DNA of 64,000 nt from a bacterium (GTDB taxonomy: Bacteria > AUK180): NCBI GenBank assembly GCA_023133295.1, contig JAGLWT010000037.1, forward strand, positions 8,638 through 72,637, given 5' to 3'. Positions 8,701 to 18,466 of this stretch are shown in pieces (the first letter of the stretch is position 1; each line of letters starts with the position of its first letter). Made by a program: the position numbers and the translations under genes. Under the pieces are notes generated by a model. That model made no database searches. It was not told the origin of the DNA and saw nothing but the letters and a program-made list of their open reading frames with translations.

Positions 8701-9968
8701 TGAGTATTCTTTTTAGTAGGAAATATTTCCTCAATATTCTCTATATCATTCAATATTGGAATCCCTCCAAACTTCCCCAATAAATAATTCTTCTCAATAT
8801 TATAATCATTCCGGATATTAAATTCCTCCAATGAAAATAGCTTGGTCGCCTGATATTTATCTTTTTCAGCAAACCATATTTGATCTCTTCTCAGATTCTT
8901 CTGATTTAATAATGTCCTATCGTGTGCAACAAAAATACATTGCGCGTTTCGATTGTTTGCTTTTGAATTAAAAAGTTTTACTAAATGTGCTAAGAGCAAA
9001 GGATGAAGACTATTATCTAACTCATCAACAACCAATATCTTTCCATTTACCAGAGTATCCAATATTGGCCCTGATAATGAAAAGAATTTTCTTGTTCCTT
9101 CAGATTCTTCAGTATCCATATCTAATTCTACTTGACCAATGTGCTTTCCATCCTCATATTTCTTATGGGAAGTATTGAATTTTACGGCTCTAAGTTTACC
9201 ATCAGGCAATATTTCTACCCTCCGCCTAACGTTTGCCGGTAAAACATTGCCTTCAAGAATTTCTTCCTGAGTTTGCACATCTTCTATGAATAAATCCGCG
9301 GTCTTTAATAATTCGACAACACCTGTTTTCATTTCTCCGCTTTCCAGTAATTTTGATGTATATAATGAGAAATCTCCCATTCCTGAAATAACATTGAAAT
9401 TCTTTATCCATTTCATAATCTTATTGGAAATCACACCATTAAATTGGGCAGCTACAGAAAGAAATAGGGAATTCACTCTTGTTTTATCATCCAAATGCAA
9501 ACCTTCTTTAAATGTATTACCATTCACTTTTATATTTTTTTTCTTTCTATCAAATAGTAAATATTCCTTTTCAGCTCGTGAATAATATAGCCATTCTTTT
9601 GTCACCTCTGTAATAGTTACTTCAAAACCATAACGATAAATTATTTTGTCAATAACAAAGACAATTTCAAAAAATGAAGGTTTATTCTCTGTTTCGGCAG
9701 CCAATTTAAAGTTATTCACATTTAGTCGACTTTCATTTGAACCTAAAGAGGAAGTTGAAATCAGATCTCTAAAAAACTGCATTGCTTTGATTAAATTACT
9801 TTTACCACTCGCATTTGCACCGTATATCGCTGCGCTTTTCAATAATTTAATGTCCTTTAAAGCAGGAAATACATGTTCTTTGTTATCACGATAATTCGAA
9901 GCAACCATACTTAATGTCGCGTTATCCTTGAAAGATAGATAATTCCCTACTGTGAACTGTATTAACAT
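8697..9968 (-). CDS. AAA/ABC-type ATPase, AbiLi-like (OLD-family-type ATPase)
   Basis: 423-aa ORF with Walker A GANASGKSNLIKAM, Walker B ILVVDELDNSLHP and SD GGAG upstream. A paralogue lies at 18467-19726. Confidence 0.8.
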   Translation of the reverse strand: MLIQFTVGNYLSFKDNATLSMVASNYRDNKEHVFPALKDIKLLKSAAIYGANASGKSNLIKAMQFFRDLISTSSLGSNESRLNVNNFKLAAETENKPSFFEIVFVIDKIIYRYGFEVTITEVTKEWLYYSRAEKEYLLFDRKKKNIKVNGNTFKEGLHLDDKTRVNSLFLSVAAQFNGVISNKIMKWIKNFNVISGMGDFSLYTSKLLESGEMKTGVVELLKTADLFIEDVQTQEEILEGNVLPANVRRRVEILPDGKLRAVKFNTSHKKYEDGKHIGQVELDMDTEESEGTRKFFSLSGPILDTLVNGKILVVDELDNSLHPLLLAHLVKLFNSKANNRNAQCIFVAHDRTLLNQKNLRRDQIWFAEKDKYQATKLFSLEEFNIRNDYNIEKNYLLGKFGGIPILNDIENIEEIFPTKKNTQ

Positions 9969-10130
9969 ATTAACACTCCTGATGACTTAATTATAGCACT
10001 TTTAAATGCGAAGTCAAGGATGTAACGTGATATTATCTCGCTACACGGTCGCTTTATCCATTTTTCGGCCGCATATATCGCCTATAATTCCTATTATTCC
10101 CATTTGATCGATACTTTTTAGAAGTGCTTT

Positions 10131-10222
10131 TCTTGATTTAGAAAATATTTTCAAATTGAACTATTACTTCGAGAATTTCAGAGGCATTTTGCAACAAAAG
10201 CAACAACCGTTCCCGGATTTAC
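10131..10222 (-). promoter_or_regulatory. G+P module (degenerate -10) upstream of the AbiL-like operon
   Basis: ...cgagaatttcagaggcattttgcaacaaaagcaacaaccgttcccggattt. -35 TTGAAA is at 10154-10149. Confidence 0.4.
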
Positions 10223-10834
10223 ATGTGGCAGAAATAGCTCTTCTCATCAAGTCTTGCGCATCCTGATATATTGCATTATACAACAATCGTGCAACTCCTG
10301 CAACCACCGTCCCCATATTTTGCTCGAGAAAGAAGATGTGCTCGAGAAAGAAGATGTGAAAGAGACGAGATAGAAAAAGAGGAGATCCGAAAAACGAAGA
10401 TCAGAAATGCTCCAAGGAATATCTCTCCGGGATTTGCTGTGTGCTCCTGTGTTCATTCTTCACTTTACACTTCAGACTTCACACTTCACACTTGCTGAGC
10501 AAGCTCAGCATTGCTTGTGCTCTTGTGCTCTTGTGCACTGCGAAGCGTCATTTTGCAACAAATGCAACGACCTTCCACGAGTTACCTCAAGTCCGCATAA
10601 ACACACCAAAAAACAATCCTACCAATTGTATTGTAATCTGCATACACCCACCTACTACATATTTTACAGATTTTAGGATTGGATTGCAAATACAATGAAT
10701 ATTAATCGTATGAATAATCAACCACGGGTAGAACAGAGCTAAAAAGTCAACCTGGCACTCTATTCATGCTATTTCTCCGTAGCTGCTGCAGGTATAGGAA
10801 CTACCGACCACAAGTTTCAAATTTCTCCATAGAT

Positions 10835-12124
10835 TCAATTCCCATTAGTATTAGGTGCAAGCGCATATTCGAGCTTCGTTTCAGAAATCTTGAATTCCCA
10901 TGAAAACATGGCAACGTACGAATGATTCAAGAATGAATTCAAGGCTTTGATAGATATCTTATAATCACCATAAGGTAGTTCTTCTGAAAAGGAAAAAGAT
11001 AAAATGTCAGTTTTCTCATCATATGTGCTTTCAGAAAGCAAGTCCTTGTAGTATTTTCCTGAAATCTCATTAATCTGAAACTTGGATATTATTATATCCC
11101 CGGAACCCTCTATTTTGCATGAAATGTTTGGACTATTTATTGCTGAACGAGCTGCAGGCATCGGGTTTGAGAATTGCGGGAATATTGAGCGAAATATCCA
11201 CTTTTGCCCAGCTTCACCACATATCCATTGCGGATTATTATTATAGGATAGTTTCACATAAATATTATCTTGCGATTTGTACTTTATTTCCACTTCATCG
11301 GCTACTACATTTCTTACTGTTTTACAAGTTGAATATTTCTCCGGGGTAGCGTGAATTCCATAAAATGTTGCATGATAAAACCCATCACTGTTAAGTTTTG
11401 GTTTTGTTTTCCACCCTGTAAATAGGATTATATGTTTATCGTATCTGTTTAATATATCTCCCGGCTTTACGGCTTTAGTATCTATTTTGACAGTGAATTC
11501 AGGAAACTCTGTACTACCTTTATGACTATCAAAAAAAAGAGCCCGGGAGACCAAACCGGAACAATCTATTCCCGTGTATGCAGCATAGTCAAATCCATTA
11601 ATCGGCGTTGATGGATCACCCTCTCTTTTCCCTACAATATAGCTTTTATCTATATAAGCTCCTTGAGCATTCAACTTATCATTGAAATTATCATATGTAT
11701 TCCAGTATCCAAACGCATACGTAACTCCGGTAAAAATCCCTCCTACTTCGTAGGGCCATCTTCTTCTATTGGTTTCCGTTATATCAGCGGTTGTGATTTG
11801 TGAATCGTTGTTTGTATCTGAAATGATTACAACATCTGTATCATCCTTCGTATAAAATTGCATCCTATCGTCAATGCCATCCTGTCCTGTTCTATAAGGG
11901 TATCTTTTTATCTGTTCATTATTTGAACCAGTACTTGTTTCAACGTAATACTCCCTTATATCTAAAATATTTCTTTCTCTCACTTCCCAACCATAAGGTT
12001 TTTGAGTGTATTGTTCTGCTTCGGTTATTACTTCTTGGCGTGTAATTGAAAACGGGGATATACATATACTCAGTAGAATAATTAGGATAAATATCTTATC
12101 ATTTCTCATGTTAATTTTTCTCAA
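10835..12124 (-). CDS. Secreted NlpC/P60 (C40 peptidase)-like protein
   Basis: 429-aa ORF with an N-terminal signal-like helix. GIDCSGLVSRALFF is a catalytic-Cys-type motif, followed later by DKHIILFTG. Confidence 0.55.
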   Translation of the reverse strand: MRKINMRNDKIFILIILLSICISPFSITRQEVITEAEQYTQKPYGWEVRERNILDIREYYVETSTGSNNEQIKRYPYRTGQDGIDDRMQFYTKDDTDVVIISDTNNDSQITTADITETNRRRWPYEVGGIFTGVTYAFGYWNTYDNFNDKLNAQGAYIDKSYIVGKREGDPSTPINGFDYAAYTGIDCSGLVSRALFFDSHKGSTEFPEFTVKIDTKAVKPGDILNRYDKHIILFTGWKTKPKLNSDGFYHATFYGIHATPEKYSTCKTVRNVVADEVEIKYKSQDNIYVKLSYNNNPQWICGEAGQKWIFRSIFPQFSNPMPAARSAINSPNISCKIEGSGDIIISKFQINEISGKYYKDLLSESTYDEKTDILSFSFSEELPYGDYKISIKALNSFLNHSYVAMFSWEFKISETKLEYALAPNTNGN

Positions 12125-13305
12125 TTAGCCTTCTGATACTCATATTTTATTACCTTAAAACTGTCACCTTCATTATCAATTTCATATATGTTTCCTTCTG
12201 TATCTTGAAATTTAAGTCCAGTCCAAGATATTGTTCCATAGATACCTGTAATATTCCCATCATAATCCAAATACAGAATATACAGTCCTTTGTATTTTTG
12301 AAATAATTTAATATGTATTTCATCTTTTTCTTCAGGGATTAGAGGGGGATATATGGAAAGTTCCTTTTTGAATTTAATTCTTACTCTTTTGTTATTCATT
12401 TTCAGTTTAATATCTACCTCATTGTGATTTTCTTTCTTTATTTTCGTCCATTCCATGATTTCTTCTTCTCTTCTCTTTGTTCTTTCCTTTTTCTCTTTAT
12501 TATTTACTTTCTGTTCTTCCTTATATCTGGCAATATCAACTATTTTGTTTGATATTGGATTTATTATATTATCACCCATCCTGATAAAGATTGTCTCACC
12601 TATTCGATGTAATTTACTATCCTCCCACTTCTCCACTACCTTATCATCTATAAACTTCCATACCTCTCCCTTTGGATTATCGGTATTAAGATCTCGTTTC
12701 ATGTAATAATAAAGATTGTCCTCTGAATCAATAACGATATTGATACCTCGGAGATATACTTCACTATAGTTTACAGGCACCATATCTGAAGGGAGACTGG
12801 CTCTTTCCTTTCTCCAGGTCTCCTCTGAATAACCTTTGGGTAAACTACCTTTCAAGCTATCTACTTCAATACTCTTCAAATACTCACCGTCACCATTGAA
12901 TTTCTGTATTCTGTTATTTACTGTATCCAGGATGTAAATTTCTCCCTTACTATTCACAGCAAGGCTATCCGGCTTAATATCCATCCAGCTATCCGGCCCC
13001 AATTGTTTCAAATACTTAGCGAACACCCCTGGTTCATCACTTATCCACTTCAGAGGTGCTTCAATAACAATTTTCTCAACATACTCGTATACCGGCACAT
13101 TCATCTTATCAATATCGTCTATAACAATTTCTTTTACATCACCGGTATTATTCTGCTCTTCTACAACGACTTCCGGATATTTCACTGGTTCTTCTACCTT
13201 TATTTTCTTTTCTCCGATCGGGAGGACCCCACTCAACGCGAATGCTGCACCCGCTACCGCAATAATTCCAACTGTTACCAGCGTGATTGCCAGACCTTTT
13301 TTCAT
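12121..13305 (-). CDS. Membrane-anchored NHL/beta-propeller-repeat protein
   Basis: 394-aa ORF with an N-terminal TM helix and an NHL-like repeat, IYILDTVNNRIQKFNGDGEYL. It overlaps the downstream gene by 4 nt and has SD AGGAG. Confidence 0.5.
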   Translation of the reverse strand: MKKGLAITLVTVGIIAVAGAAFALSGVLPIGEKKIKVEEPVKYPEVVVEEQNNTGDVKEIVIDDIDKMNVPVYEYVEKIVIEAPLKWISDEPGVFAKYLKQLGPDSWMDIKPDSLAVNSKGEIYILDTVNNRIQKFNGDGEYLKSIEVDSLKGSLPKGYSEETWRKERASLPSDMVPVNYSEVYLRGINIVIDSEDNLYYYMKRDLNTDNPKGEVWKFIDDKVVEKWEDSKLHRIGETIFIRMGDNIINPISNKIVDIARYKEEQKVNNKEKKERTKRREEEIMEWTKIKKENHNEVDIKLKMNNKRVRIKFKKELSIYPPLIPEEKDEIHIKLFQKYKGLYILYLDYDGNITGIYGTISWTGLKFQDTEGNIYEIDNEGDSFKVIKYEYQKAN

Positions 13306-13404
13306 ACATGGCTCCTTATTTTTAATAATTTTATATTCCGCTCATCCCCCTAGAGAATTCGGATTTCTTATAGTTTGAGACCTCACAATAATTCCTCATG
13401 CTTA

Positions 13405-13433
13405 ATTTTACTACTTGTTGAGATTTATGTCAA
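13405..13433 (-). promoter_or_regulatory. Promoter (TTGACA-17-TAAAAT)
   Basis: -35 is at 13433-13428 and -10 at 13410-13405, 100 nt upstream of the start at 13305. Confidence 0.55.
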
Positions 13434-13895
13434 AAACAGAGATAGCCAAATAGTTAATTAACTGTTTGACTGTATGTTAATGCCGCAAGTCAAATATTTA
13501 AATCGAAATCTTTCCCGATATCCCTCACAAGATTGTAATCCTGAATCCCCTCTTTGTCAAATTTTGCCAGGATTTTAGTTACTTGCAAAATGTCTACTTT
13601 GTCTACCACCGTCCTAAGGGTTCCACAAAATAGTTTAATTAAGAAACTGGAATTTGTCAAGTTTTGCCAGGAATTTGTACCAAATGCAACTACTGTCCCC
13701 GAGTTTTAGAAGTAAGGTGTAACTGTTATCCTTTGCCATTATAACTCCAAGTGATTTCTTTTATTTTTATGCTCCTCGCAGAATGAGACAAGATCTCGAG
13801 CATTTGCTTCACCCCTCTAAACCATTCTACTGCTTTGCAAATATATCTTCAACTAATGTGATTTTGGACCTGTACACGGGATTACTGCGTAGCGT

Positions 13896-13989
13896 TACTT
13901 GATTTGCAAAGTATTTTCAAATTAATCTAATAACTTTGAGAATTTCAGAGGCATTTTGCAACTTTCGCAACAACCGTCCCCGAGTTTCC
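13896..13989 (-). repeat. G+P module copy (degenerate -10)
   Basis: ttacttgatttgcaaagtattttcaaattaatctaataactttgagaatttcagaggcattttgcaactttcgcaacaaccgtccccgagttt. Confidence 0.7.
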
Positions 13990-14088
13990 TATTTACAAGT
14001 GAAAGAAGTGAAACACCGTCCCCTATTCCTTACTAGATTTTTGAAAATGATGAAAGAAATGGTAAAATTGTATTGAATTACATATTGA

Positions 14089-15093
14089 ATGTTTTTTGAG
14101 GAGGTAATTGTGAATAGATATGTATCATGCACTTTAGTCCTGGCAATACTATTTCTCTCTCTATTTCATGTCAAAACGGATGCAGTTATTAACAAATACA
14201 CGGTTGAATTAATTAAATCAGTAGAAGATGCAAGAAACAACATTGTTGACATCAAAGTCGATGGTAATTATATATACTGCATTTTCGCAGAAGCAATAGG
14301 TAGATGTTCTTTGTATAGGTACGATACCTTGAATCAAACTTGGAAATATTTCTTTTCAGAAGAATCGTTAGAGTTTGACATAGATAGTCTTTACATTTAC
14401 ACTGGATATGCAGTATATAAAAAGGTAGACGGGAAAAAAATAAAAGAACTGAAGATGTTGTTTAACAATGATTATCACGAGGGAATATTAACTGTAGTAA
14501 AGGATGGACAATATCTCTGGGTGGGAACTGAGGATGGCGGTTTGTGCAAATATAATTTAGCTAATGATTTCTGTGTAAATTATTATGAACGGACAATTTT
14601 AGAGGCTGGAAAAGAGATTGGCGGGGAAGACATCTCAGTAGTTATACCATCAGACGAAGCTCTTTTTGTTGGTCGATGGGACGGGATGAGCATCTTATTT
14701 TATGAAGAAAACAAATGGATAAATACCTTATATACCAAATATGTTCTTAGTATGGGAATTTCAGAGAACATTTTTTGGATCGGGATTGGAAGAGAAGGTC
14801 TTCTGAGGATGGATTTCTCGCAAGAACCCGCCGGAATTAACTTTGTCAAGGAATTTGAAGGTAAATACCCAACTGATATAATTGCACTCCAAGAAGAAGT
14901 ACTTGTTCTAGGTGAAGGTTACGGTATTCTCAATATCTCTAATGATCTGAAAAATATTAAATACATTTCTAATGATGAAATATGTCAGAAACTTGAAGAA
15001 AAAGATAATTTCATTCGTTCTTTTGCTCTGGACGAAAACGTTTTATGGATCGGCACAAATAATGGCTTGATGAAATTATCTATTACTGATTAG
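14089..15093 (+). CDS. Secreted beta-propeller protein (two-component-regulator-propeller-like repeats)
   Basis: 334-aa ORF with repeats YLWVGTEDGGLCKYN, IFWIGIGREGLLRMD and VLWIGTNNGLMKLS. Confidence 0.5.
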   Translation: MFFEEVIVNRYVSCTLVLAILFLSLFHVKTDAVINKYTVELIKSVEDARNNIVDIKVDGNYIYCIFAEAIGRCSLYRYDTLNQTWKYFFSEESLEFDIDSLYIYTGYAVYKKVDGKKIKELKMLFNNDYHEGILTVVKDGQYLWVGTEDGGLCKYNLANDFCVNYYERTILEAGKEIGGEDISVVIPSDEALFVGRWDGMSILFYEENKWINTLYTKYVLSMGISENIFWIGIGREGLLRMDFSQEPAGINFVKEFEGKYPTDIIALQEEVLVLGEGYGILNISNDLKNIKYISNDEICQKLEEKDNFIRSFALDENVLWIGTNNGLMKLSITD

Positions 15094-15202
15094 TCTAGAG
15101 AGAAATAACTCATCAAAAGTTTATTAAAGTTCAGAAAATTAGATCCCATTAGTAATAATCCAAATTTCTTCCAAAGAGGTGTTGGACTACCGTCCCCGAT
15201 TT

Positions 15203-16189
15203 TCACTTTTTACTTCTTAATTTATTAATATAAACCCATTCTCCAGCATCATTTTTGTACTTCCATTTGGTCCACCCGTTTATTGTCTTTTGTTTAACTA
15301 TTGCTAATGCGGCTCTTGAGGGAGAATTGTAAATTGTATCGTTGTATTTAATTGACCCATTTTTCAGAATACATGCATAATATGTATTTCCCTTATAGCT
15401 CAATCTAATATTAATTGGCTTACTAATATACTTACTCAATTCATTGACCGTCCTCTTGCTGTTTACTTCTATTGGTTGACAAGATTTTGATTTTTTATTC
15501 AAATCCTTTTTCCCAAATAGTTGTTTCTCCTTTTTTTGACTTTCTTCCCGAAATCTTTGAATCAGTTTCCTTTTTAAATTATTAGCTGCAACGAATTTCC
15601 CTTTTTGTTTATTGCCTTTAGGGGTTGAAATCCTTAAGACAAGAGACTCCATCTCCTTTAAATAATCAGTATTTTCAGTCAAGTAAATATTGAACTTATT
15701 CCATTCGTCTTTATGCCGATCATTCAGATGTTGCTTTAATCTCTGGTGCATATAAGAAGCCAAACCAACATAGTAGAGTTTGTCTCCTTTATAGAGAGAG
15801 TAGATTCCTTGTTTACCCTTAATAAAATCTAGTATTATTTTGCTATTTGAACTAAGTAACTCCGAAGATAAATTCTCAACATATTCAATAACTAGTTTCC
15901 CTTGATATTTCTTTTGAACCTTTTTCTCCTTTGGATTCACCTCATCGGCCGAGATAGATGATTTAAGAAGAAATTTTCGCGGTTTAAATTCACTCAGCAA
16001 AAATGGACTATCCTCTTTATCGCGAATATTAACATATATCTGTGCTTGTATTGAATACCAAGGAGTTTTACCCTTTGAGTCAACGTGCTTAGAATATTTT
16101 TTACTTTCAGCGTATTTCCAAATCTCTTTTGTATTCATGGGAACACCAGTTTCTTTCAAAACCTTTAAAGCTAATTCTAAAAACGTCAT
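15203..16189 (-). CDS. HARE-HTH / GIY-YIG nuclease / RAMA-like C-terminal domain fusion protein
   Basis: 328-aa ORF. The N-terminus TFLELALKVLKETGVPMNTKEIW...GKTPWYSIQAQIY is HARE-HTH-like. The centre GIYSLYKGDKLYYVGLASYMHQRLKQH is GIY-YIG. The C-terminus YNSPSRAALAIVKQKTINGWTKWKY is RAMA-like. Confidence 0.65.
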   Translation of the reverse strand: MTFLELALKVLKETGVPMNTKEIWKYAESKKYSKHVDSKGKTPWYSIQAQIYVNIRDKEDSPFLLSEFKPRKFLLKSSISADEVNPKEKKVQKKYQGKLVIEYVENLSSELLSSNSKIILDFIKGKQGIYSLYKGDKLYYVGLASYMHQRLKQHLNDRHKDEWNKFNIYLTENTDYLKEMESLVLRISTPKGNKQKGKFVAANNLKRKLIQRFREESQKKEKQLFGKKDLNKKSKSCQPIEVNSKRTVNELSKYISKPINIRLSYKGNTYYACILKNGSIKYNDTIYNSPSRAALAIVKQKTINGWTKWKYKNDAGEWVYINKLRSKK

Positions 16190-16208
16190 CTGAATCTCCT
16201 ATATTGCT

Positions 16209-16307
16209 ATTTTACTGGATTTGGTATATATTTTCAAATTTAACCAATAACTCAGAGAATTTCAGAGGCATCTTGCAACAATTGCAGCGACCGTCCCCGA
16301 TTCTCCC
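16209..16307 (-). promoter_or_regulatory. G+P promoter module (TTGAAA-17-TAAAAT), archetypal copy
   Basis: -35 is at 16237-16232 and -10 at 16214-16209, 20 nt upstream of the start at 16189. The gene strand reads GGGAGAATCGGGGACGGTCGCTGCAATTGTTGCAAGATGCCTCTGAAATTCTCTGAGTTATTGGTTAAATTTGAAAATAT... Confidence 0.6.
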
Positions 16308-16330
16308 TTATTTTATTATCAGGTAAATTA

Positions 16331-17014
16331 TTATTTCTCTGTGAACTCCCCTTCCCCACTATCATAATAAAAATCCGTTAATCCGTACTCCATAGGGTTG
16401 GGACAATGTATAGAAAAAGCTTTGTATTTCTTAACATACTCATAATCCTTCTTACTAATTGGATCAACGATTCCCCTCTTTAAATAGCCAGTTTGCATAA
16501 GGAAACCTCCATTTTTTGCTGGTAGGTATTCATCGGGCATTTCACCTCTATTATCATCCATATACATTTCAATTGCATCTGCGATTTTCTCCATATTATC
16601 CTTTGACTTTTGCAGATATAATTTCGTTTTAACATTTTTACTCATTACTTTTTCAACAAACGCAATATCATATTCATTTTCGTCGTAGTAAAATATCGCC
16701 TTCTTCCCATCTTCCTTGAGGAATATATATGAGTACGTAACTCTATCATCTCCGAAACACAGTACCTTGTTATATGTTCGGTATTCAAGTACTGAATATT
16801 CCATGAATTCAATATCTGAAACATCTGAATCAAATATTACAATTTCATTTTGTGTAATATAAATATGTGAATCATTCTCCCATTTACCTGTACCCTTCCA
16901 ATGCCCCTGGACTTTTTCAAGATAAGAATAGTCTTTCTTAGAAAATGTCTTACCGACAAGCATTATCGCAATCACTAGAACCATAGTAAAGATGATATAC
17001 TTTTTCATATACAC
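16331..17014 (-). CDS. Secreted/lipoprotein-like hypothetical protein
   Basis: 227-aa ORF with an N-terminal hydrophobic signal, KKYIIFTMVLVIAIMLVG. Confidence 0.5.
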   Translation of the reverse strand: MYMKKYIIFTMVLVIAIMLVGKTFSKKDYSYLEKVQGHWKGTGKWENDSHIYITQNEIVIFDSDVSDIEFMEYSVLEYRTYNKVLCFGDDRVTYSYIFLKEDGKKAIFYYDENEYDIAFVEKVMSKNVKTKLYLQKSKDNMEKIADAIEMYMDDNRGEMPDEYLPAKNGGFLMQTGYLKRGIVDPISKKDYEYVKKYKAFSIHCPNPMEYGLTDFYYDSGEGEFTEK

Positions 17015-17025
17015 TCCTTAGAAAT

Positions 17026-17054
17026 ATTTTACTTGATTTGGAATACATTTGCAA
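17026..17054 (-). promoter_or_regulatory. Promoter (TTGCAA-17-TAAAAT), degenerate G+P module
   Basis: -35 is at 17054-17049 and -10 at 17031-17026, 12 nt upstream of the ATG at 17014, so the leader is very short. Confidence 0.5.
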
Positions 17055-17114
17055 ATTGACTTACTATTTAAGAAAACTCATCGGGATTTACACCAAATGC
17101 AACGACTGCATGTG

Positions 17115-17561
17115 TCAACTGTTCTTTAGTTTCCTAATCTCCTTTTCAAATTGAACAATCAATTTTTCATTTATGTGTTTTGTTATTAATACTCGGATAT
17201 CTTTTATATCTCCATCTGATCTAAACTCATCATTTGTGCAAAAATTTGTTATCATTATTCCTAATTTTCTATGTTTTCGGCTTCGGATTTGAATTGATAG
17301 ATAAATGAGATCAATAATCAACTGCCAGAACTTTTGTCTTGCTTCTATTTCATCGTTCGGCAACAATTCTTCCTCTGAAATCGACGTATTCCTACGGTAT
17401 TTCTCACTGGGGAAATTGCAGCGGTCAAGTTCTTTCATTATTTCAAGCATAATACCTCTTTCTTTGTTTTCAGTTTCTATCTTATCTTGCATCCATTGAC
17501 TGATAAGACCACCTAAGATAGCAAGAAAACCACCCAACAATACATAAAGGATTTCTTCCAT
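17115..17561 (-). CDS. Small membrane-anchored hypothetical protein
   Basis: 148-aa ORF with an N-terminal TM helix, ILYVLLGGFLAILGGLI. Confidence 0.45.
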   Translation of the reverse strand: MEEILYVLLGGFLAILGGLISQWMQDKIETENKERGIMLEIMKELDRCNFPSEKYRRNTSISEEELLPNDEIEARQKFWQLIIDLIYLSIQIRSRKHRKLGIMITNFCTNDEFRSDGDIKDIRVLITKHINEKLIVQFEKEIRKLKNS

Positions 17562-17874
17562 ATAAACTCCCTGAACTTAATACTATTTAAGATCTCTGCC
17601 TTAAGTAATTGCAATGCATTATAATTCTCATCTTAGTAATTAAACAATCTACTATTGTTTTTCTTTAACGGCTTCTCAAGTTTCTGTTTCGTTTTCTCAT
17701 CTTTCCTATTGTGTTTTCTATAGATTTTCCTTGAATTGCCTTATGCTTTCAAATTCTACAGTTTAATGCTTCAGAGGTTAGATAATACCGCACCTTTTTC
17801 AACCACAGTCCACGAAATCCCCGAAACAATCGTTTTGTCACAATGACCTCCCCGATACCCCTTATGTTTTAGAT

Positions 17875-18144
17875 TTAGATATCAAGGGTGTGTGTCCATT
17901 GAGGAACCCAGTTATCCTTTAAATATTTAACTAGCTTTTTGTCTCCAAAGAATTTCACTCGACCGCTGGATTGAAATACCAATGCTGATTGGTCGATTTT
18001 TAATCCATTTGCGCGAGCTTTCTGTGTCAATTGATCCAAAAGACCAGCATTGTCACCTGTTGTTGATTTAGCATCAAAAATAACGAAGTTAATCCACCCA
18101 CCTGTTGTTGAGCGCTCCCTGAGATGTGCCATATTAATTTTCAT
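17875..18144 (-). CDS. Hypothetical protein (89 aa)
   Basis: Uninterrupted ORF. I recognised no motif. Confidence 0.4.
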   Translation of the reverse strand: MKINMAHLRERSTTGGWINFVIFDAKSTTGDNAGLLDQLTQKARANGLKIDQSALVFQSSGRVKFFGDKKLVKYLKDNWVPQWTHTLDI

Positions 18145-18466
18145 GAATACCTCCGTAATTTCAAATTAAGGACTATATTTATAAAATACAGATCTTTCAT
18201 ATTGCTTTATTACACGCATATGGCGTGCCAGAAATACAACTCCATATATATTGGAAATCGTGTTGTTTTATAATATGTTGCAGTGTCGTATTTTGAACAC
18301 TCTAATGGAAATTTCCAGCATTATCTTTATTTTTCGCGATTTTTTCACACACACACACAACCTTTCCCCGGCATTAGCACTCCCAAAGCACTTATTCGTG
18401 ATTTTTTCACATTCTCCTTGATTTTTACTCATTTTTATGCTACTGTGAAAAGGATATGGAGGTTGT

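Noticed and set aside
16209-16307. The G/P repeat modules as attC sites of a large integron cassette array. This was tempting because an intI remnant and many cassette-like genes are present.
   Set aside because: The modules lack the R'' RYYYAAC ... R' GTTRRRY inverted boxes and the L''/L' pairing seen in the one true attC at 23890-23962. Their only outer inverted repeat (AACTC.G / CGAGTT) has the AAC/GTT on the wrong side. They contain oriented -35/17/-10 promoters placed just upstream of start codons. A covariance-model scan would be the decisive test.
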